Positions 28,846 through 38,177 of a stretch of 64,000 nt of DNA are shown in pieces. Numbering within the stretch: the first letter of the stretch is position 1; the number at the start of each line of letters is the position of its first letter. This stretch comes from an uncultured Muribaculaceae bacterium (GTDB taxonomy: Bacteria > Bacteroidota > Bacteroidia > Bacteroidales > Muribaculaceae), in NCBI GenBank assembly GCA_910579185.1, contig CAJTTG010000007.1:6979-70978 (forward strand). Reading direction: 5' to 3'. Both the position numbers and the translations under genes were made by a program. Below the pieces are notes generated by a model, which searched no databases, had not been told where the DNA came from, and saw only the letters and a list, made by a program, of their open reading frames with translations.

Positions 28846-29535
28846 ATGAACTCGATGTATGAGATATTGATGGCGTTGCCGCTGTTTCATGGCGTCAGCT
28901 ATGCCAAGCTCTCGGAGGTTGTCGGTAACACGAAACTCCATTTTCTTAAATATCTCGACGGAGAGAAAATAGTCGAGGCCGGAGATCCCTGTACCCATCT
29001 CAAATTCCTTATTTCAGGCAGTGCGAGGCTCTCGATTGTCAATTCCGACGGACGATTCCGTGTGTCACAGACAATAGATGCTCCCGATGTGATAGCTCCC
29101 GATTTTCTTTTCGGACGTGCAACGTCCTATCCTTGTTCGGCTGTTGCCACAGGCCCCACCGGCCTCTTGCAGATATCCAAGATGGACTATGTGCGATTGC
29201 TGGGATCTGATCAGATCTTTTTGTTCAATTTTCTGAATCTGCTCTCTGTCAATGCGCAGAAAACGGTGGATGGGGTTCTGGCTCTGACCACCGGTTCTCT
29301 TGAAGAGCGGATTGCGTTTTGGATTGTGGCCTTGACGCAAAGGGGCGGAAAGGATATCACGCTGACATGCCGCCAGCGCGATCTGTATGCGTTCTTCGGT
29401 GTGCAGCGTTCATCGTTCATAGCCACGCTGGAGAGCATGAAAGAACGTGGCTTGATCGACTATTCGGCCACGGAGATTGCTGTCAACTCACGTGCCGACA
29501 TGCTTGACCTGCTCGCGAGAAATTCCGAGGGTTGA
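28846..29535 (+). CDS. Crp/Fnr family transcriptional regulator
   Basis: cNMP-binding-like N-terminus and C-terminal HTH 'QRDLYAFFGVQRSSF'. Confidence 0.88.
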   Translation: MNSMYEILMALPLFHGVSYAKLSEVVGNTKLHFLKYLDGEKIVEAGDPCTHLKFLISGSARLSIVNSDGRFRVSQTIDAPDVIAPDFLFGRATSYPCSAVATGPTGLLQISKMDYVRLLGSDQIFLFNFLNLLSVNAQKTVDGVLALTTGSLEERIAFWIVALTQRGGKDITLTCRQRDLYAFFGVQRSSFIATLESMKERGLIDYSATEIAVNSRADMLDLLARNSEG

Positions 29536-30279
29536 TCACTCTACGTTGCTTTCCGTGCGGTTCACACCGACAAGGCGGTTGTTGATATATTCGTTGAACT
29601 CTTTCTTGTAGCTCTCGCTGACCGGGATCTGGACGTTGCCGAATATGATGCGGTTGCGTTCAATGACGCGCATCTTGGTGGTGTTGACTATGAATGATCT
29701 GTGAACTCTCATGAACATATCCTGCGGCAGCTCCTGTTCGAGTGTGCGCATGTTCATCAGTGTCATAATGTTCTTTGATCCGTCGTTGAAACAGATCTTC
29801 ACATAGTCCTTGAGCCCTTCAAGATACAGGATATCGTCGAGCCGGATCTGTACAAGTCGGTATTCGCTCTTGACAATGATATAGTCCTTGGATGTGTCGG
29901 CGCTGGATGGAGCCGCCGGGCGGATTGAGTTTAAAGCCTTGGTGGCAGCAGCCAGAAATTCTTCGTAGGCTATCGGTTTGAGAAGATAGTCGAGCGCGTT
30001 GACCTTGAAGCCGTCGACGGCGTATTTGTCGTAGGCTGTCGTGAACACTATCCGGCAATTGGATGGGATCAGACGTGCGAATTCAAGACCGTTGAGCTGA
30101 GGCATGTTGATGTCGAGAAACACCAGGTCTACGCTTCCGGTCAGAATTGTCTTTATCGCATCCTGAGCTGATGAATAAGTTCCTGCCAGAGAGAGAAACG
30201 GAGTGTCGTTGACATATTTGGAGATCAACTGTGCGGCCAGTGGCTCGTCGTCAATGACGCATGTGCGTAGGGTTTTCAT
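29536..30279 (-). CDS. LytTR family response regulator
   Basis: REC domain (DDE, FLDINMP, KP) and LytTR 'FMRVHRSFIVN'. Confidence 0.95.
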   Translation of the reverse strand: MKTLRTCVIDDEPLAAQLISKYVNDTPFLSLAGTYSSAQDAIKTILTGSVDLVFLDINMPQLNGLEFARLIPSNCRIVFTTAYDKYAVDGFKVNALDYLLKPIAYEEFLAAATKALNSIRPAAPSSADTSKDYIIVKSEYRLVQIRLDDILYLEGLKDYVKICFNDGSKNIMTLMNMRTLEQELPQDMFMRVHRSFIVNTTKMRVIERNRIIFGNVQIPVSESYKKEFNEYINNRLVGVNRTESNVE

Positions 30280-30288
30280 TTGTCAGTG

Positions 30289-31476
30289 CTATTTTGATGA
30301 GTTTTTTAAATCTATTGTGAGGTCGGCGAGAAATTCCGATCCGGTGTCGGTGGTGTGGAACTCGTGGTGGTTGGGGTATCTTAGCTCCAGACGCCGGCGC
30401 AGATTGTCGATGCCGATACCCGAAGAACGGGCTTTTAGCGACTCGACGGCTTCCCGGCTGTATGTGTTGGAGATATGGCATTCCACGGTGCTGTCCACGA
30501 GACGGATGTCTATATTGATCTCGCGAGTGCTTTCGCTGGCTGTGATTCCGTATTTGAAAGCATTCTCAATAATGTTTATGAATATCAGGGGAGCTATCGG
30601 AGCTTCCGGGTTGGCAGAGCAGTCAAGGTGGGCCTTCACGAGACCTTTCGTCGGCATTCGCATCTCCATCAGTTCTATGTAGCCTTTTATAAAGTCGAAT
30701 TCCTGCCCGATGGTAACCGGTTGGCGGCTGAACGACAGGGTGTAGCGCAACATTTTGCTCAGCCGGTGGACGGCGGTCTTGGCCATTCCGGGATCAATGT
30801 CGACCAATGCATAGATTGAGTTGAGCGTATTGAACAGGAAATGGGGGTTGAGCTGTGATCGGAGCTGTTTGAGCTCGATCTCTTTGTGGAGGGTGGCGAG
30901 TTCGCGGCGGTCGCGTTCTGTCTTGTAGCGGTTGAAATTCAGCTTTATCGCCACGGCCAGGGAGATGGTCATGAATAAGGCGATGAAATCTTTTGCGAAA
31001 CTGTCGGGAGGCATTGCAACGCGATGGACTTCACCATATTGCGGCTCGGGCTTGCTTCCCGGTTCCGTCAGGATTATTCCTATAGGTTCACATTCGTTTT
31101 CCGGGCGGAAATGGCGGTGGCGTGCGCCGGGACCTAATGTGTGCCATGCGATGATGAGCAATCCACAGCCAACGAGGATCACAACGGCATTGCACAGGAT
31201 GAATCTCATTGCCCGGTAGCTCTTGATGAGCAGCGAGTCTACAAGCCAGTAGAAATTGATATAGAAAGCGGCCGCGAATACTATCGCTTTCGCGTAGGTT
31301 GATGGCGGAAGCGGATACCCCGGTCTTATTGTCAGGGATACGATGACCTCCGGCAACAGGAACAGTAGCGACACGGAGGCGAGATGGATCAGGAAGGTTG
31401 TCCATCTGAACTTTCGCCGGCGTTTGTCGTCGTTTGTGGCGGATATGTCGTCTTTTTTTCTCTTTTCGGATGTCAT
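30289..31476 (-). CDS. LytS/YehU-type sensor histidine kinase
   Basis: TM N-terminus, 'QLNPHFLFNTLNSI', 'ENAFKYG' and 'GIGIDNLRRRLEL'. Confidence 0.95.
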   Translation of the reverse strand: MTSEKRKKDDISATNDDKRRRKFRWTTFLIHLASVSLLFLLPEVIVSLTIRPGYPLPPSTYAKAIVFAAAFYINFYWLVDSLLIKSYRAMRFILCNAVVILVGCGLLIIAWHTLGPGARHRHFRPENECEPIGIILTEPGSKPEPQYGEVHRVAMPPDSFAKDFIALFMTISLAVAIKLNFNRYKTERDRRELATLHKEIELKQLRSQLNPHFLFNTLNSIYALVDIDPGMAKTAVHRLSKMLRYTLSFSRQPVTIGQEFDFIKGYIELMEMRMPTKGLVKAHLDCSANPEAPIAPLIFINIIENAFKYGITASESTREINIDIRLVDSTVECHISNTYSREAVESLKARSSGIGIDNLRRRLELRYPNHHEFHTTDTGSEFLADLTIDLKNSSK

Positions 31477-31697
31477 CTCTCCGCAAAACTACGTAAAAAT
31501 GCGTTTATTGCAAAACCATGCTCCGCTATTGGGCGGTAATTGTCGCCGATCCGCTAAGTTTTAGATACATATGTATTTTATCTCGACGAATATTCTATAT
31601 ATGTTAAGTTCTGTTAATTTTATTCTTTTTGCCGTGATTATCGCATTTAACATTGAAATTTGTCGGAATACGAAAAAAAATCACTACCTTTGCCACA

Positions 31698-31943
31698 AAT
31701 TACACAAGTTGCAATCCTTAGACTGATAAAATTTTACGCAAATCTTCTAATTCAACGGACTAAGGCCGGCAACAGTAATTAAGAAGGCTGTCGTGATGAC
31801 ATCCGGCGCAATTGAGTGTAATTATGTAAGTATGATATAATCTCTACACTTTAATTGCTGTAAGACAACAACTTTAGAATCACAGATCATGCCTTATGGC
31901 TTTAGTCCGAAGTTCCCTGATGAAGGGAGCGTCGGATTTTTTT
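31698..31943 (+). ncRNA. Putative structured ncRNA with 6S-like rod shape
   Basis: TACCTTTG promoter at 31685-31692 and a + strand terminator at 31906-31943 with no credible ORF between them. Nested stems 31756-31767/31898-31909, 31808-31820/31845-31858 and 31821-31827/31835-31841. Confidence 0.65.
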
Positions 31944-32058
31944 ATGATTTTGTTTTGTCGGATATCGCGGTATGGTTACCACCGAAATGGATTTTATTCA
32001 TCTCGGCTGGTCGCAATATGGTTGCCGATGTAAGGTTGGCTTTAGCTATCTTTTTCAT
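31942..32058 (-). CDS. Small double-glycine leader-type peptide (38 aa)
   Basis: MKKIAKANLTSATILRPAEMNKIHFGG-NHTAISDKTKS. Overlaps the end of the C39-like/VKOR gene. Confidence 0.6.
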   Translation of the reverse strand: MKKIAKANLTSATILRPAEMNKIHFGGNHTAISDKTKS

Positions 32059-33061
32059 GACATGGCAATTTTTTGAAAATACGTACGGTCTGGTTGAGCA
32101 GTAGGACGCCGGTGATGTAGGTGGCAAGCAGCACGGCGAAATCGGGCTTGACCGGAAGGAAATCGGCGAACCATCCGCCCCATAGATAACAGAAGAACGA
32201 CAGCCAGAGCGTGGTCTGCACGCCGACGCATAGTGTACACCAATGGTGGGCCCGGAACCGTTGATACCAGATGCTCCAGACCGTGTAGGGCAGACAGCAC
32301 ACGTTGCATACGGCCAGGGAGGGCCATAGATGTGGGAAGATCAGCAACGTGGCCAAAGATATGCCGAAATATCCGAAGCCCACTTCGCTCCACGAGAACA
32401 CACCGAACAGTTTCGATGCTTTCAAGGACATGATCGAATCGCATCCACCTTTTTCAAGTAATCCGCACATGCGTTCTGAAGCCCCGGTGCGAATACCGAG
32501 GGATTTCTGTAACAAGAGTAGTGAGAGGTAGAGTCCGGTCAGATCGAGAACCGTAAGTAAGATGGCCGGTGGGCTGTCGTATATGCGGCGTGTTATGAAG
32601 AAATAGAGCATTACGGCTATTGCAGCTGCCAGGAGGAAGTATTTGGAATAGCGGCTTGCGAGTTCGCTTATACGATGGTTTCTGTAATCCGGTTCGCACG
32701 ACCTTTCGGACGGGTAGGCCAGCAGTGCTATGCCGTTCCAGTTATCGATGAATCCGGAGAGCGGCGTCGAAGTGGCAGTCCCGTGCAAATCGTATGACAC
32801 GGTGCCATTGTCCTGGGTTATGGCTGTGACAATGACAAAAATTCCGCTGTTGGTCTGAGCTAAGAATGGTGTGGGGATTTTTGTCAGTTCGCTCTTGTCG
32901 GCAACTTTGATGCCGGTATTCTCTATGCCGTAATCTTTCAGCAGGTGCGACAACCCGTAGAGCGACTGGAAGGTCATTCCGCGGAATTGTGCGTCGGAAT
33001 ACTCCTGGGTGTGTGCCACGCCGAGAGCCGAGAGAAAACGTGTGAAGATAGTCGCTGCCAT
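32042..33061 (-). CDS. Peptidase C39-like domain plus vitamin K epoxide reductase (VKOR) membrane protein
   Basis: N-terminal 'SLYGLSHLLKDYGIEN...PTPFLA...FIDNWNGIALL' (C39-like, no obvious catalytic Cys). VKOR loop 'MCGLLEKGGCDSIM' and CxxC 'WCTLC'. Start set at MAATIF. Confidence 0.85.
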   Translation of the reverse strand: MAATIFTRFLSALGVAHTQEYSDAQFRGMTFQSLYGLSHLLKDYGIENTGIKVADKSELTKIPTPFLAQTNSGIFVIVTAITQDNGTVSYDLHGTATSTPLSGFIDNWNGIALLAYPSERSCEPDYRNHRISELASRYSKYFLLAAAIAVMLYFFITRRIYDSPPAILLTVLDLTGLYLSLLLLQKSLGIRTGASERMCGLLEKGGCDSIMSLKASKLFGVFSWSEVGFGYFGISLATLLIFPHLWPSLAVCNVCCLPYTVWSIWYQRFRAHHWCTLCVGVQTTLWLSFFCYLWGGWFADFLPVKPDFAVLLATYITGVLLLNQTVRIFKKLPCHEKDS

Positions 33062-33084
33062 ATCGTTGCCCGGTTTGCCGCAGG

Positions 33085-33378
33085 TTATTGGTATGACTGG
33101 ACTTTGGCAAGCAGGGCGTTGCCGTCGATTTCGCCGCTGTGGCGCCAAGCTTCACGGCCGTCTTTATAGACTATGAATGTAGGGATGGATTCAATGTTCT
33201 CCTGCTTCGACAGTTCCTTGTTGTTGTCAACATCGAGCTGAATCACCGGCACGTCGCCGTCGAGCAGTTCCTTTACTTGGTCAACTATCGGCATCATTCC
33301 CTGGCAATGGGGGCACCACGAGGCGTAGAATTCGATTAAGACTACAGGTGCTTGGCTTATGGCTGTTTCGTAGGTCAT
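33085..33378 (-). CDS. Thioredoxin
   Basis: 'FYASWCPHC' and 'ESIPTF'. Start set at MTYETA. Confidence 0.93.
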   Translation of the reverse strand: MTYETAISQAPVVLIEFYASWCPHCQGMMPIVDQVKELLDGDVPVIQLDVDNNKELSKQENIESIPTFIVYKDGREAWRHSGEIDGNALLAKVQSYQ

Positions 33379-33514
33379 GGTTTTGTTGTGTTTGTTTCCA
33401 ACAAGAACAATTGTCATGGGCCGGTGGTTTGAAAAAATATCAAAGGTATCGGAATTTTGCGTTAACTTTGTGTAACTTTGCCACGGATTTCAAACACTAT
33501 TGTTTTTATTTATT

Positions 33515-34555
33515 ATGTTGACTGAAAAACGTTCAAGCATGCTCCACGGCATACTGTTGATTGCCTTGTTTTCATGCGCTGCTTTTTATATCGGCGATGC
33601 GCAATTCTTCAAAGATCTGTCGTTCAGCCCGATGATCATAGGTATCATTCTCGGTATGCTTTATGCCAATTCATTGCGCAATCATCTGCCGGAGACGTGG
33701 GTGCCCGGAATACAGTTCTGCTCCAAGAAGCTCCTTCGTCTCGGCATTATTCTCTACGGTTTCCGACTGACATTCCAGGACATAGCCAATGTCGGGACGG
33801 CCGGCATACTGATCGATGTCATAGTGGTGGCTGTAACAATTCTGGGGGGCATCTACCTCGGACGCTTGCTGAAAATGGACAAGGAGATAGCGTTGCTGAC
33901 TTCCGTCGGCAGCGGTATATGCGGAGCTGCCGCGGTGCTTGGTGCTGAATCGACCATACAGACCAAACCCTACAAGACAGCTGTGGCAGTGGCTACGGTG
34001 GTTATTTTCGGCACGATATCCATGTTTCTCTACCCGGTTCTCTATAGGGCCGGTGTCCTGAATCTGACGCCTGATGAAATGGGCATCTTCGCAGGTTCGA
34101 CGCTCCATGAAGTGGCTCATGCCGTGGGAGCCGGAAATGCCATGGGCGACGACATTGCCAAGGTGACTATCATCGTTAAGATGATCCGTGTGATGCTTCT
34201 GATCCCGGTGCTCTTCATTCTCGCCTACTGGGTGGCAGTGCGCGCGCGTCGTGCCGTTGCCGGCGCAACGGCATCGGCCAAGGGCAAGATTGCTATTCCA
34301 TGGTTTGCCGTAGGGTTCCTTGCCATAATAGCGTTCAATTCATTCAATCTGCTCCCAGCCGAAGCGGTTGATATCATCAACTACATTGATACATTCCTGC
34401 TGACAATGGCCATGGTGGCCCTCGGAGCCGAGACTTCTATCGACAAGTTCAAACGTGCCGGCGCAAAGCCCTTCATTCTGGCAGCCCTGATCTATGTCTG
34501 GCTTCTGTTCGGCGGATGGGCTCTTGCCAAATATCTGGCTCCAGTGCTACTTTGA
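33515..34555 (+). CDS. YeiH / putative sulfate exporter family membrane protein
   Basis: 'LLRLGIILYGFRL', 'GSGICGAAA' and 'VKMIRVMLL'. Confidence 0.9.
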   Translation: MLTEKRSSMLHGILLIALFSCAAFYIGDAQFFKDLSFSPMIIGIILGMLYANSLRNHLPETWVPGIQFCSKKLLRLGIILYGFRLTFQDIANVGTAGILIDVIVVAVTILGGIYLGRLLKMDKEIALLTSVGSGICGAAAVLGAESTIQTKPYKTAVAVATVVIFGTISMFLYPVLYRAGVLNLTPDEMGIFAGSTLHEVAHAVGAGNAMGDDIAKVTIIVKMIRVMLLIPVLFILAYWVAVRARRAVAGATASAKGKIAIPWFAVGFLAIIAFNSFNLLPAEAVDIINYIDTFLLTMAMVALGAETSIDKFKRAGAKPFILAALIYVWLLFGGWALAKYLAPVLL

Positions 34556-35491
34556 TCCCTTTTTTCGTCTGACGGATGGAAACATCTTGCGCATACGCAG
34601 CAGGACGGTTTCCACCGGATCGCTGACCACAACAAGCGTCGTGGCCACGATGATCAGCACGCCGCCATAGATCTCGTTGGCGGTGATATCCTGATTCAGT
34701 ATCACGATACTCAGCACCACGGCTGTCACCGGCTCCAATGCTCCGAAAATAGCTGTCGGGGTCGATCCTATGAGCTGGATGGCGCGAGTGGTGAGCAGCA
34801 GGGAGATCACGGTTGGGATAAGAGCCAGTGCCACCAGATTGATCCATGATCCGGCAGTTGGAGGCATCGTAAGACCTCCGGGCAGCAGCATGATCCCGAA
34901 TAACGCGCTGCCGCTGAGAAGCGTGTAGAAAAGCAATGTCAGCGTAGGTATCTTCCTGATTTGCTTCGACACGTTGATCATCACAAGATAAATCGCGTAG
35001 GTCAGCGATGAGGCCATGACCAGCACGAATCCCATGGCGCTGACGCTCTCGCCGTCGTTCTTGTGCATAAGCAATCCAAGCCCGAGCCCCATCACTATCA
35101 GGCACAGACCCGTGGTGGTTTTGAAGCGTTCATGGAAGAAAAAAGTCATCAGCACGGCCACCATCACGGGGTAGACAAACAGCAGTGTCGAGGCCACCCC
35201 GGAATTCATGTAATTGTACGCCTCAAATAGCGCGAGCGACGAGGCCGCCATCAGCACTCCAAGGATCGCCACCGGCCATCGCTGCTCCGGTGGCAGTCGG
35301 AAGCTGCGGCCGCGCCATGCTATCATGGCTGCCAGGATCGGTAGCCCCATCAGGTAGCGGAAAAGGAGCACACTCAGAGCATTCATACCCTCGCCGTACA
35401 GTGGTACGGCGAATGCCGGATTGGTTCCGTAGGCTCCGGCCGCCAGTGCGGCAAACAAATATCCCTTGAATTTCATTGATGCTGATTTCAT
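34547..35491 (-). CDS. EamA/DMT family transporter
   Basis: Two EamA repeats, 'LFVYPVMVA' and 'GALEPVTAV'. Start set at MKSASM. Confidence 0.9.
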   Translation of the reverse strand: MKSASMKFKGYLFAALAAGAYGTNPAFAVPLYGEGMNALSVLLFRYLMGLPILAAMIAWRGRSFRLPPEQRWPVAILGVLMAASSLALFEAYNYMNSGVASTLLFVYPVMVAVLMTFFFHERFKTTTGLCLIVMGLGLGLLMHKNDGESVSAMGFVLVMASSLTYAIYLVMINVSKQIRKIPTLTLLFYTLLSGSALFGIMLLPGGLTMPPTAGSWINLVALALIPTVISLLLTTRAIQLIGSTPTAIFGALEPVTAVVLSIVILNQDITANEIYGGVLIIVATTLVVVSDPVETVLLRMRKMFPSVRRKKGSK

Positions 35492-35574
35492 GGCCGCAAA
35501 GGTAGCTAAAAAAAGAGATTTTCCGTAACTTTGCCGGACGTAACACTCTATAGCTATAAAGCAACCCGTTGCCA

Positions 35575-36438
35575 ATGGAAAATAATGAGATGATATTATA
35601 TCAGCCCGACGAGACCCTGAAGCTGGATGTAAGGGTCGAGAATGAAGAAGTGTGGCTCAACCGCAATCAGATTGCCCTATTGTTCGACCGCGATGTCAAG
35701 ACTATCGGCAAGCATATCAATAATGCTCTGAAGGAAGAATTGGACGGAATTCCAGTTGTCGCAAATTTTGCGACAACTGCCGCAGACGGTAAAACATATC
35801 AAGTAGAGCATTATAATCTGGAGATGATAACCTCCGTAGGTTATCGTGTCAAATCGCGGCGAGGTATTCAATTCCGTCAATGGGCCAATAAGATCCTGAA
35901 ACAATACATCCTGCGTGGCTACAGCATCAACCAGCGGCTACTGGCTATGGAGGACAGAATCGATCGCCGCCTCGCCGACCATGACCGTCGTCTTGATGAC
36001 CTGACCGACAAGGTGGATTTTTTTGTCCGCACATCCCTGCCTCCGGTCGAAGGTGTTTTCTTCAATGGACAGATATTCGATGCCCATAAATTTGTCAGCG
36101 GCATCATAAAGAGTGCCGTGAATAGAATCGTGTTGATCGACAACTACATTGACGAATCTGTCCTCACCTTGATCGACAAACGCGGCGATGGAGTGGACGC
36201 AACGATTATAACGCAGCCCCTCTCCCGGCAACTGCGCCTTGACATCGAACGCCATAACCGGCAATACCCCCCGATTGCGGTCAGGGAAGCCACCAAAATA
36301 CATGATCGCTTTCTCATTGCCGACACCGCCGTCTATCATATCGGAGCTTCCGTCAAAGACCTCGGACGCAAACTCTTCGCCTTCTCAAAAATGTCGATAC
36401 CCCCTGAGCTGATACTCGACAATATAACCCCGAAATGA
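35575..36438 (+). CDS. RhuM family protein with C-terminal PLD-like domain
   Basis: 'VWLNRNQIALLF', 'YNLEMITSVGYRVKS' and 'FRQWA' (RhuM). C-terminal 'IDNYID' and 'IHDRFLIAD...YHIGASVKDLG'. Confidence 0.85.
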   Translation: MENNEMILYQPDETLKLDVRVENEEVWLNRNQIALLFDRDVKTIGKHINNALKEELDGIPVVANFATTAADGKTYQVEHYNLEMITSVGYRVKSRRGIQFRQWANKILKQYILRGYSINQRLLAMEDRIDRRLADHDRRLDDLTDKVDFFVRTSLPPVEGVFFNGQIFDAHKFVSGIIKSAVNRIVLIDNYIDESVLTLIDKRGDGVDATIITQPLSRQLRLDIERHNRQYPPIAVREATKIHDRFLIADTAVYHIGASVKDLGRKLFAFSKMSIPPELILDNITPK

Positions 36439-36484
36439 GACGGCTTTAGTGGAAATATCGCGAAATTTCACTACTTTTGCCCCC

Positions 36485-37366
36485 ATGAAACAGACACTGA
36501 CCAACGACCTCCTGACCGTGGAGATATCATCCCACGGAGCCGAGCTGCAAAGCATCCTCAACAACCGTACCCGTCACCAATATCTATGGCAGGGCGACCC
36601 TCGCTTCTGGAGCCGCCGTTCCCCCGTTCTGTTCCCTATCGTCGGAGCCGTCTGGCAGGGCGAATTCCGCATCGACGGCCAGCTATTCAAGATGTCTCAG
36701 CACGGTTTCGCACGTGACATGGAATTCACACCTGTTGCCGACACCCCCGACGACGAAGCCTGGTTCGCACTCGAATCCTCCGCCGACACCCTCCCACGCT
36801 ATCCCCGTCGCTTCCGGCTGGAGATCGGCTATCGCTTGCAGGGCGAACGCCTGACCGTCCTTTGGCACGTGACCAACCTCGACGAGCGGCCGATGGATTT
36901 CCAGATCGGCGCACATCCGGCCTTCAACTACCCGGCCTTCAACCCCACAGACCCATTGCACGGCTACTTCATGTTTGACTCACGTCGTCTCTCACGGCAG
37001 ACCATCACCGACGGCGGTTGTGTTGGCCCTGACGAATCGCCCGTCATGCTCGACGACGACCGCATGCTCCCTCTGACCGCCACTACCTTCGCCTCCGATG
37101 CCATCATCCTCGCCGGCTCGCAAGTGCGCCGCGTATCCCTGCTCACCCCCGACCATCGACCCTACCTCTCCATGCTCTTCGATGCCCCGGTCGTAGGGCT
37201 CTGGTCGCCGAACCCCGAAGCCCCCTTCGTCTGCATCGAACCCTGGTGGGGACGCGCCGACAATGTAGGTTTCAACGGCGAATTCTCCGATCGGCCCTAC
37301 GTCAACACCCTGCACCCCGGCCAATCCTTCTCCGCCTCCTACATGATCATCTTCGAAGATCTCTGA
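36485..37366 (+). CDS. Aldose 1-epimerase family protein (LacX-like)
   Basis: 'SPVLFPIVG', 'HGFARD', 'GAHPAF' and 'FVCIEPW'. Start set at MKQTL. Confidence 0.92.
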   Translation: MKQTLTNDLLTVEISSHGAELQSILNNRTRHQYLWQGDPRFWSRRSPVLFPIVGAVWQGEFRIDGQLFKMSQHGFARDMEFTPVADTPDDEAWFALESSADTLPRYPRRFRLEIGYRLQGERLTVLWHVTNLDERPMDFQIGAHPAFNYPAFNPTDPLHGYFMFDSRRLSRQTITDGGCVGPDESPVMLDDDRMLPLTATTFASDAIILAGSQVRRVSLLTPDHRPYLSMLFDAPVVGLWSPNPEAPFVCIEPWWGRADNVGFNGEFSDRPYVNTLHPGQSFSASYMIIFEDL

Positions 37367-37425
37367 TCCCTCGCGATCAAACCTCCGCTCCCCCTCTATA
37401 TGTGATTATTCCCCCCCACTCGCCT

Positions 37426-37451
37426 GTAGGGACTGCGCCATGGCGCGTCCG
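37426..37451 (+). repeat. REP copy downstream of the RAYT gene
   Basis: GTAGGGACTGCGCCATGGCGCGTCCG. Confidence 0.9.
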
Positions 37452-37503
37452 GCTCCGCCCACCTATGGAATGGGAGTGATTACTTGCGTGTTATCTCCAT
37501 GGC

Positions 37504-38007
37504 TTATTCATCGTAAAAACAATCGTCCGCCCATTTTTTGACATTGTTATATACGTATGCTTCTAAATTGTCGAACATATCAGTCGTACGAATAATATGT
37601 TCATGAAATCGTGATTGCCACTTGAAATCAATACCATTTATCCGGCATTCCTTCGTGACTGCGGCCTTTATTCCGGCCACAACCATACTCAATCGGGCGT
37701 GATAATGCGAGAATATAACCTCATTCTCATTTCGCCTCGCCACCTGATCCCCAATGTCTAATATTGCGTGAAAATGGTTTGGCATCACAACGAAACACAC
37801 CATTCTTGCATCAGAGTAATGATCACCGACGTGCTGGAGACACTTCTCTAAAATCCTCCCGGCTTCAGACAAGATCATTTCCTCCGAAGCGATATGTCCC
37901 AATGTTTTTTGTTTTTCATGCGTACAAACCGTGACAAAATATGTGCCGCAGTTATAATCATGCCATGATGCACGGAACGCATGTCGTTTTCGTCTCATTG
38001 AAGCCAT
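37504..38007 (-). CDS. REP-associated tyrosine transposase (RAYT, Y1 HUH)
   Basis: 'YFVTVCT', HUH motif 'VMPNHFHAIL', 'WQSRFHEHIIR' and 'YVYNN' (catalytic Tyr). Flanked by GTAG REPs on both sides. Confidence 0.9.
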   Translation of the reverse strand: MASMRRKRHAFRASWHDYNCGTYFVTVCTHEKQKTLGHIASEEMILSEAGRILEKCLQHVGDHYSDARMVCFVVMPNHFHAILDIGDQVARRNENEVIFSHYHARLSMVVAGIKAAVTKECRINGIDFKWQSRFHEHIIRTTDMFDNLEAYVYNNVKKWADDCFYDE

Positions 38008-38177
38008 TCCCCAAAATTATCATATTCAGATCAATCCACCAAATGTAATCAATCTATTTGTCCACTATCATGGAATATTTGCCCCCTTTCCGGACTTCAC
38101 AATGGCACGTCGGTTCCGCTCGCTCCTGCAAACGGACTGGTTGCCTGTGTGTTATCTGGATTGTTCGCCCCATTCCT

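Noticed and set aside
31756..31909. Retron msr-msd (terminal inverted repeats plus a long hairpin)
   Set aside because: No reverse transcriptase is encoded nearby or anywhere in the window.
37504..38007. IS200/IS605 insertion sequence
   Set aside because: There is no tnpB, and multiple GTAG REPs flank the gene, which indicates a RAYT.
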